From Candidatus Micrarchaeia archaeon (GTDB lineage Archaea > Micrarchaeota > Micrarchaeia > Micrarchaeales > CABMGC01): a stretch of DNA of 36,838 bases. The stretch covers positions 1 to 36,838 of the forward strand of contig JBMFSM010000001.1 of assembly GCA_049967555.1 (NCBI GenBank), written 5' to 3'. Shown here piece after piece: positions 1-5,806 of this stretch. The notes below the pieces were generated by a model. It had not been told where the DNA came from and did not search any database. It worked only from the letters and a program-made list of their open reading frames with translations. Positions within the stretch are counted from its first letter, which is position 1. Each line of letters begins with the position of its first letter. Position numbers and translations under genes: made by a program.

Positions 1-107
1 CCTCTGCCATAGCCCATTCCATTAGAGCCAAAACCTCTGCCATAGCCCATTCCATAATCCCTATAGATACAATTTCCCATTCTATTTCCTCTTCCAAATC
101 TGGACAT
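1..107 (-). CDS. Glycine-rich small protein, N-terminal part only (gene continues past the left edge); DUF5320-like
   Basis: Partial, so absent from the ORF track. Reverse-strand ATG at 107..105 reads MSRFGRGNRMGNCIYRDYGMGYGRGFGSNGMGYGRG... The GMGYGRG unit is encoded by a perfect 22-nt direct repeat (1..22 = 35..56). It is divergent from a DUF134 gene, the usual neighbour of DUF5320-type Gly-rich proteins. Confidence 0.35.
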   Translation of the reverse strand, partial: MSRFGRGNRMGNCIYRDYGMGYGRGFGSNGMGYGR

Positions 108-120
108 TTTATCACCTTTT

Positions 121-156
121 TGTGCTTTTGCACATAATATTTTGTGCATATACACA
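121..156. promoter_or_regulatory. Two adjacent inverted repeats (TGTGC-N4-GCACA at 121..134; TGTGC-ATAT-ACACA at 143..156) in a divergent promoter region; candidate operator
   Basis: Read directly: tgtgcttttgcaca and tgtgcatatacaca, 8 nt apart. They lie between the divergent Gly-rich gene and the DUF134 HTH gene, immediately upstream of a TATA-like atatttaaat (157..166). Confidence 0.4.
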
Positions 157-263
157 TATTTAAATCTTTCTATTGAAATAATACTGATAACATGCAAGGA
201 TGGAGATGGTACGCACATCACGGTGGGCCAGGTAGGCCTCATTCGCATCTTTTCATAGAAGAG

Positions 264-518
264 ATGCCACGATTCAAGATTTTCATACCTAGACCTATGC
301 TAAATAAAGATCCTATAAAACTCCTTTATCCAGAATTTGAGGCTGTGAGACTTAGCGATATAGAAAAGCTTACACAGGAAGAAATTGCAGAAAGAATGAA
401 AACTTCTAGGGGTACGGCATGGCGCTTGCTAGAAAGTGGGAGGGAAAAGATTGCAAGAGCAATAGTGGAATCAAGACCATTAATCATAGCGCAAGAAGGC
501 GAGCTTGAAAAAGCATAA
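264..518 (+). CDS. DUF134/UPF0251 family small HTH DNA-binding protein (sigma-70 region 4-like)
   Basis: MPRFKIFIPRP...EFEAVRLSDIEKLTQEEIAERMKTSRGTAWRLLESGREKIARAIVE matches the DUF134 pattern (MPR start, ExEAxRLxDxxxLxQEEAAxxMxxSRxTxxRxLxxARxKxAxAxV). The ORF track extends to ATG 192. That start lies about 27 nt downstream of the TATA-like box at 157..166, so a leaderless 192 start cannot be excluded. Confidence 0.7.
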   Translation: MPRFKIFIPRPMLNKDPIKLLYPEFEAVRLSDIEKLTQEEIAERMKTSRGTAWRLLESGREKIARAIVESRPLIIAQEGELEKA

Positions 519-675
519 TACTCCTTTTTATAGTTGGTTAATTAGCCATTCAATCTTAAATATATTCAGCTAGAAGATCTGGCATAATCTTATTAAATCT
601 TCCAATCATCAACGCTTTGCCAAATAAACTCAAATCTTGTCTGAATATGAATTCCAAGCTTAACTAACTCACATA

Positions 676-978
676 TTAAACCTTGGTGGTATGTTTGTGT
701 TTCTCTTTAAGTTTGAATTTTTTATTCATCGAATATCTAAACTTTAAACCTGTGAGAATGAGATAAAGCACCGCAGATATTCCGCTTAAAATGGCAAGTG
801 GTAAGCTCCTTATAAAATAGCCATAAACTGTCCATGAAATTAAGCCAATAATAGTTATAAAAAGCCAGATATATGACAATCCTTCTACTTTTTTTGTCTT
901 ATTGAATTTCATTATCTCTGGAATTATTCCTCCTGTAGTAAGAATGCCTGCAAAATATCCAAGAAAAGTATCAAACAT
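676..978 (-). CDS. SemiSWEET / PQ-loop family 3-TM transporter
   Basis: 100 aa with three TM helices. FLGYFAGILTTGGIIPEIMKFNKTKKVEGLSYIWLFITIIGLISWTVYGYFIRSLPLAILSG aligns closely with bacterial SemiSWEETs (LIGYVAAFLTTVSFIPQV...). The PQ motif reads PE here. Confidence 0.75.
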   Translation of the reverse strand: MFDTFLGYFAGILTTGGIIPEIMKFNKTKKVEGLSYIWLFITIIGLISWTVYGYFIRSLPLAILSGISAVLYLILTGLKFRYSMNKKFKLKEKHKHTTKV

Positions 979-999
979 ATTTGCACTTTAGTTTATATT

Positions 1000-1096
1000 T
1001 CCCGTTGGGGTGAGTCGAACACCCAACCTGCCGGTTTCCTTTTGGTAAAGGTAATCAAACTACAGCCGGCCGCTCTAGCCATTGAGCTACAACGGG
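1000..1096 (-). tRNA. tRNA-Tyr (anticodon GTA) with a 24-nt intron at the canonical 37/38 position
   Basis: Reverse strand folds as CCCGTTG-TA-GCTC-AATGGCTA-GAGC-G-GCCGG-CTGTAG[TTTGATTACCTTTACCAAAAGGAA]A-CCGGC-AGGTT-GGGTG-TTCGACT-CACCC-CAACGGG-A. The intron contains a CCTTT/AAAGG hairpin. No CCA is encoded. The mature length is 73 nt. Confidence 0.9.
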
Positions 1097-1120
1097 TAAA
1101 CTTTAATATTCACTTTGTAT

Positions 1121-1320
1121 GGCAAGAATACCACACCTTCAAGTTGTGGATAAATTACATTGCAATACAATAAATACTAGTTTTTCCTCTGCTATAATTT
1201 CGTTAACGGCAGCCCAGCCAATAAATATTTGTGCTGTAATTCTGCCAGAAACACATACCGCATATAAAGTAGTGAATGTAAAATATAAAGAACTATCGTT
1301 CAGCCAAGTAGCCACCATTA
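1121..1320. repeat. Copy A of a ~200-nt tRNA-linked paralogous element (copy B at 21482..21697)
   Basis: Hand alignment gives 61/72 identical for 1155..1226 vs 21515..21586. There is also a perfect 18-nt block aatgtaaaatataaagaa at 1275..1292 = 21635..21652. Copy A starts 25 nt upstream of the tRNA-Tyr 5' end. It contains track ORF 1119..1343 (+) and an untracked 59-aa reverse ORF (1318..1139). Boundaries are approximate. Confidence 0.6.
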
Positions 1321-1479
1321 TAACTTCTGCTCTGTCCCTCTGACACCTACTCTGTAAGTATATTTATAGATAATATAAAAGTATAATAATAAATTGCATC
1401 TAACTATAGCAATATCTAACATATGTGGGAGAGCATTTTTGTTGCATAAATCGGAACGAAAGCGAGCAATCCATCGTAG

Positions 1480-1531
1480 AAAAGTATTTATAGTTATAAT
1501 AAATAAAAAGTATTTATAGTTATAATAAATA
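1480..1531. repeat. Perfect tandem duplication, 2 x 26 bp (aaaagtatttatagttataataaata), each unit containing the palindrome tatttat-N7-ataaata
   Basis: Read directly: 1480..1505 is identical to 1506..1531. The repeat ends 19 nt before the tnpA ATG (1550). Each unit is TATA-box-like. Confidence 0.9.
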
Positions 1532-1549
1532 TATACAAACTATGATAAT

Positions 1550-1957
1550 ATGAATTATAAATTAGATAAAGGTGCGCATTCAATATACACTTTGCAATAC
1601 CATTTTATACAAGTTGTAAATCATAGAAAAAAGATATTTGCGAATGAGAGATTGATAGACTTTCTCAGGCAAAAGGCAAATGAAATAAGTGAATCTTTTG
1701 GTGTGGAAATAATTAATTTCGAGTGCGATAAGGACTATATTTATATGATATTTAAGTCAAAGCCAACATTGAATATACCAAAATACATAAATACATTAAA
1801 AACCATATCTTCGAGAGAATTACAGAGAAAATTTCCCGAAATTAAAAAACAATTATGGAAAGGTGTTTTATGGTCCCCGTCATATTTTCTTGCAACTACG
1901 GGTCAGATTACATTGGATATGCTTAAAAAATATGTTGAAAATCAAAGGCGAATATAA
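1550..1957 (+). CDS. tnpA: IS200/IS605 family Y1 (HUH-type) transposase TnpA, with the HUH motif changed to YIY
   Basis: 135 aa. YHFIQVV, DKDYIYMIF (in place of IS608 DKDHIHIL), LWSPSYF and the C-terminal KKYVENQ (catalytic Tyr128 and Gln132, equivalent to IS608 Y127/Q131) align along the full length with IS608/IS200 TnpA. Confidence 0.85.
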   Translation: MNYKLDKGAHSIYTLQYHFIQVVNHRKKIFANERLIDFLRQKANEISESFGVEIINFECDKDYIYMIFKSKPTLNIPKYINTLKTISSRELQRKFPEIKKQLWKGVLWSPSYFLATTGQITLDMLKKYVENQRRI

Positions 1958-2067
1958 ATGAAAAATGGTATTGCCGTTGAAATAAGGAGTTTCAAGATAA
2001 TAGAAATGGCGGATGTTCCATCAGTAAGGTTGGGGTAATCTGCTAACGAGAACCAAAGGCGACAGGC

Positions 2068-4821
2068 GTGAGAAGCAAAGAAAATAAAAATATCAGCGGT
2101 GTGGGCATCGCAAAGAAGCTGAAAAGAAACAAAAACGTAGCTAGAAGAACGCCAATGTCAATCTATTGGTTAAAAGATGTTATTAAAAAATTTGTATCGC
2201 ATGCAAACTTCCCTGATGCGCTCGCGACAGTGTTTGCACTTACTAGTATTTCATTTGCCTTGCCATTCTTCCCAATTCCTGTTATAATATTGCTGCTTGT
2301 CCTTACATTCATTCTCACAATGGTGCATCCGCTTATTGGATTGATGGCGCTTTTGTTTGAGTCTTTACCAATGTTTATATTTCAGGCTCCTTTGCTTGCA
2401 TGGTTGTTTGCAATATTCATGGGCATTGCATTTTCATTCGGCTTCAAGCATTATAGAACCATAACTTTTATTTACATGCTAATGGCTCTTCCTTTTTCAA
2501 GCCTTGGATACTTCTTAGAGATACCTGCATTTGTGCTTACTATTATGGTGGTGGGCACAAAGCGTGGCATGATAAGTGCCATTGTTGCTGTATTATTAGT
2601 CGCTTCAATTTCTGGCCTTACGAACATACAAAACACAGGCAGCATTGCATTTAACGCTAGTCTTGCGCATTCTGTTATAAATTCAAGCCCATATATTGGC
2701 TATTTTATGGCTTCAAAACCAATGCCTTCACTATCTAATATAAGTTCTGCTTGGTCTAGCTCTCTTGATGAATTTTTCAGCTTTAAAGTTACTGGCAGCA
2801 TAACTGATGCATTATTCCTTTCTTCTTTATCAATTTCATCACAGTTGGCAAATGTCGGTATAGAGATTGTGCTTTGGGCTATTGTTGTAATAATTATGGG
2901 CAACTATGTAATAAGCAGTAGATCGAAATATAAAGGTAGTGTAGCAAGTACATTCAGCGTGCTTATCCCAATTGCATATGTTGCCCTTTCATATTTCACA
3001 AACAGTCCTTATAATTTCTATCCATTTATAGGCTTTATAATAACACCTTTTGTGCTTCTCTTTTTAGAGTTAAATGATATTTCTGTAGTTAAGGCGCTAG
3101 AGGTAATGAAGCATGACTTCATGGCTCATTTTGGCGAAGGATTTGAGGATTTAACAAGTGGTGCTAACGAGACTCTTGAAGATATAGCTAATTACGAGGC
3201 AACAAAAGAAGAGCTCAAAACAGCTATAATATCCCCGATAGAGCACAGGGAGATTTCCGGAGCATATGGGGTAAAACCTACAAAAGGTATACTTCTTTTT
3301 GGCCCGCCAGGCACAGGAAAGACACTTATGATGAGGGCTCTTGCTAATGAGATAAGGGCTGGATTTTTCTACATTAAGGCATCTTCAATACTCTCACCAT
3401 ATTCTGGGGAAAGCGCCCAAAGGATATCAAGCATATTTGCCGTTGCAAAGAAGCATACACCTTGTGTCTTGTTCTTTGACGAAATAGATGGCATAGCGGG
3501 AATGAGAGAGGCTCAAAGCGAGGCGGGTAAGCAAATTCTTTCTACTTTGCTTAGCGAAATGGATGGTTTCCAAAAAATAGAAAATGTGGTAATCGTTGGA
3601 GCAACAAATGCCCCTAACCTTATAGACCCCAGTATTTTAAGGCCTGGCAGATTTGATAAATTAATTTACATGCCTCTGCCAGATGCTCACGGAAGAGCTG
3701 AGCTGTTTAAGTATTATCTAAATAAATTGCCTGTGGGTAATGATATTGATTTTGATAAGCTTGCAGGAATAACAGAGAGATATTCTGGAGCTGATATAAA
3801 AAATGTATGTGACGAGGCGGCTCGTGAAGTCGCTGAGGAAGCAACAGCAATGAACAAGGTTTTGGAATTAACAATGAAAGATTTAATAGATGTGATAAAA
3901 GCAACAAAGCCTTCTACTTCCTTGAGTTTAATAGAAGAATATACTACTTTCAAGCTGGATTATGAAAGGAGGCTCCATCCTGAGCTATTAGAAAAAGAAA
4001 ATGAAGAAAAAGTTTCGCTTGACAGTGTAATCGGATTAGAGGATGCTAAAAAAGCAATATACGAGGCTGTAGAAATACCTATATTGCACCCAGACCTAGT
4101 AAAAAAATATGATATCCGAAACATAAAAGGTATACTTCTTTTTGGCCCGCCAGGCACAGGAAAGACTATGCTCTTGCGTGCAGTGGCTTCAGAGATAGGT
4201 GATGTGCATATGATAACCATTTCTGGTGCCGAGATAGCAAAAATTTCATCGGACAAAGCGCTGCTCGCAATAAAAGATGCATTTAACAGGGCAAAGGAAA
4301 ATGCCCCTTCAATCATATTTGTGGATGAAATTGATGCTGTAGTGCCAAACCGTGAGCATGCAAGCGAACTTGGTACTGCGCTTACTGGGGAATTTCTTGA
4401 AGAGCTAGATGGGTTGAAGGCTGCATCAAATATAGTATTGGTGGGTGCAACAAACAGGCCAGATTCACTCGATTCTGCTTTGCTGAGGGCAGGTAGATTC
4501 GACAAGCTTATCTTTGTGCCGCCGCCAAACGAAGAGCAGCGCAGTGAACTCTTTTCTCTTTATCTTAAAAAAGCTCCGCTAGAAGAGGATATAGACTTCA
4601 ACAAACTTGGCAATGAAACTCCAGGCTTGACGGGTGCGGATATTGCAAACTTGTGCAGACAGGTAAAAATGAATGCATTGGAGGCATCAGTCACACAGCA
4701 AAAAGAGGTAAAAATAAGTATGAAAGATATAGAAGAGCTTATAGAAAAGACAAAACCTTCCGCACCAAGCATGGTGATTGGCAAATATCTCTCTTTTCTT
4801 TCTACATACGGGCAGCGTTAG
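2068..4821 (+). CDS. Membrane-anchored tandem AAA+ ATPase: ~10-TM N-terminal domain fused to CDC48/VCP-like D1 and D2 cassettes
   Basis: Walker A GPPGTGKT occurs twice (3301..3324 and 4144..4167). Walker B reads VLFFDEID and IIFVDEID. SRH/Arg fingers read ATNAPNLIDPSILRPGRFD and ATNRPDSLDSALLRAGRFD. The first ~330 aa contain 9-10 hydrophobic helices and there is no CDC48 N-domain. The track start is GTG 2068, but ATG 2155 (MSIYWLKDV...) is an equally plausible true start. Confidence 0.85.
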   Translation: MRSKENKNISGVGIAKKLKRNKNVARRTPMSIYWLKDVIKKFVSHANFPDALATVFALTSISFALPFFPIPVIILLLVLTFILTMVHPLIGLMALLFESLPMFIFQAPLLAWLFAIFMGIAFSFGFKHYRTITFIYMLMALPFSSLGYFLEIPAFVLTIMVVGTKRGMISAIVAVLLVASISGLTNIQNTGSIAFNASLAHSVINSSPYIGYFMASKPMPSLSNISSAWSSSLDEFFSFKVTGSITDALFLSSLSISSQLANVGIEIVLWAIVVIIMGNYVISSRSKYKGSVASTFSVLIPIAYVALSYFTNSPYNFYPFIGFIITPFVLLFLELNDISVVKALEVMKHDFMAHFGEGFEDLTSGANETLEDIANYEATKEELKTAIISPIEHREISGAYGVKPTKGILLFGPPGTGKTLMMRALANEIRAGFFYIKASSILSPYSGESAQRISSIFAVAKKHTPCVLFFDEIDGIAGMREAQSEAGKQILSTLLSEMDGFQKIENVVIVGATNAPNLIDPSILRPGRFDKLIYMPLPDAHGRAELFKYYLNKLPVGNDIDFDKLAGITERYSGADIKNVCDEAAREVAEEATAMNKVLELTMKDLIDVIKATKPSTSLSLIEEYTTFKLDYERRLHPELLEKENEEKVSLDSVIGLEDAKKAIYEAVEIPILHPDLVKKYDIRNIKGILLFGPPGTGKTMLLRAVASEIGDVHMITISGAEIAKISSDKALLAIKDAFNRAKENAPSIIFVDEIDAVVPNREHASELGTALTGEFLEELDGLKAASNIVLVGATNRPDSLDSALLRAGRFDKLIFVPPPNEEQRSELFSLYLKKAPLEEDIDFNKLGNETPGLTGADIANLCRQVKMNALEASVTQQKEVKISMKDIEELIEKTKPSAPSMVIGKYLSFLSTYGQR

Positions 4822-4944
4822 TAATTCAGGTATAAAATATACATTCTTGTGAGTGATTCAACAATTATCTCAGATGCGATATATTTGCAGTTGGACAATT
4901 GTTGTTATTGCAAATCATATATTTGCCCTTCTGTGAGCCCCAGT

Positions 4945-5682
4945 TCATCCCTTATATTTTCTATTTAGCTTGTTTTTAAAATATCTATCAGAAGCAATTC
5001 TTGAGAAATTATTTGCATTTACTTCTATGCTTTTGTTATCATTTTTTACCGAAGCAAATTCTATTTTTATGAAATCTCCAGGGTGTAGTGTCATTACATA
5101 GTCGCATGATGAGTCCCAAAATACTGCATTGACACTTGTAATGCCATCAGTAATGACGCATCTGACAACCTTCCTGTCTTTTCCGTTCTGGTCTTTAAAA
5201 TATTTTGGCGATCCTATTTCAGTAATCTTGCCATAAATATCGATATTTTTTCCTTCCTTCAATAAAGAAAATTCCACCAAGTCAATATTCGATTGTGCTA
5301 TTTTGTTGAAAAATGTGTTTTGCGTGCTTGAAAGTTCAAAATCGGTAAGACCCTTCCTTAATAGAAGGTTGCTAGCGAATATCTTATCTCCTCTTTCTAT
5401 TGGTATGGAGTCCACAAGAAAAGAGCTTTTGTTCCAGAGCGTGACTCTTATACTTCTCTCAATATCGCCTAATATCATGCTTCTTAAAATTCTCTCTTTT
5501 CCTTCTTTTTCAAATTTTTTTGGATTAAATATTCTGTAAACATAATCTTCAATTTCTATGATGCTTCCCAACGGTACCTTTCCCTCAAGCAGGTCTTTAA
5601 TATCTACTTTCCTTTCTTTTTCAAAGAGTTTTGCATTCTCCTTATTTACCATGCCTTGATACAAATCTCGAGAATCTTCCAT
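4945..5682 (-). CDS. RPA-like single-stranded DNA-binding protein with two OB folds
   Basis: 245 aa with two units of the RPA OB pattern: IEDYVYRIFNPKKFEKEGKERILRSMILGDIERSIRVTLWNK and IYGKITEIGSPKYFKDQNGKDRKVVRCVITDGITSVNAVFWDS. There is no zinc finger. Confidence 0.6.
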   Translation of the reverse strand: MEDSRDLYQGMVNKENAKLFEKERKVDIKDLLEGKVPLGSIIEIEDYVYRIFNPKKFEKEGKERILRSMILGDIERSIRVTLWNKSSFLVDSIPIERGDKIFASNLLLRKGLTDFELSSTQNTFFNKIAQSNIDLVEFSLLKEGKNIDIYGKITEIGSPKYFKDQNGKDRKVVRCVITDGITSVNAVFWDSSCDYVMTLHPGDFIKIEFASVKNDNKSIEVNANNFSRIASDRYFKNKLNRKYKG

Positions 5683-5704
5683 AATATTAATATCATAAAT
5701 AATT

Positions 5705-5759
5705 TTTTATCCCTTATTTTATCCCTATTAAATTCTGATTTTATCCTAATTAAATTCTG
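5705..5759. repeat. About 2.5 tandem copies of a 22-nt unit (attttatccctattaaattctg / attttatcctaattaaattctg) upstream of the RPA-like gene
   Basis: Read directly: 5716..5737 and 5738..5759 differ at 2 of 22 positions. A partial copy lies at 5705..5715. The repeats are 24-77 nt upstream of the RPA-like ATG (5682). Confidence 0.8.
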
Positions 5760-5806
5760 TTAAATATTATATGCCTAATCTGTTGGGTTATTTTCCAACA
5801 ATGCCC

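Larger units (their letters stand above)
1370..2067 (+). mobile_element. IS200-type (IS200/IS605 family, tnpA-only) insertion sequence; boundaries approximate
   Basis: A single Y1-transposase gene with no tnpB, sitting between a tRNA gene and the AAA+ gene. The extent is guessed from the typical ~0.7 kb IS200 size. The terminal hairpins and cleavage sites could not be assigned by eye. Confidence 0.35.

Noticed and set aside
1-56. Perfect 22-nt direct repeat at 1..22 and 35..56
   Set aside because: It is explained by the repetitive GMGYGRG coding sequence of the partial Gly-rich gene on the reverse strand, so it is not an independent non-coding repeat.
1958-2038. 26-codon ORF (MKNGIAVEIRSFKIIEMADVPSVRLG) starting right after the tnpA stop, considered as a tnpB remnant
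   Set aside because: It is far too short and has no RuvC or zinc-finger motif. The vague resemblance to TnpB N-termini is not evidence. The element is treated as tnpA-only.
1000-2067. tRNA-Tyr plus repeat plus transposase, considered as the edge of a tRNA-targeted integrated element (genomic island)
   Set aside because: No integrase gene is present, and I could find no duplicated tRNA 3'-half (att) sequence. The repeat lies on the 5' side of both tRNAs rather than overlapping their 3' ends. The flanking genes are core genes.
2700-4784. Antisense ORFs inside the AAA+ gene (2700..2903, 3707..3953, 3960..4505 and 4560..4784, minus strand), plus the +2-frame ORF 4653..4835
   Set aside because: They lie entirely within a strongly supported gene. 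Their translations are Ser/Leu/Phe-rich and low-complexity, with no motifs. These are typical shadow ORFs opposite a Lys/Glu-rich coding strand.
1480-5759. Tandem repeats at 1480..1531 and 5705..5759, considered as mini-CRISPR arrays
   Set aside because: There are only 2-2.5 directly abutting units with no spacers, and no cas genes or leader. They are AT-rich promoter-proximal repeats.
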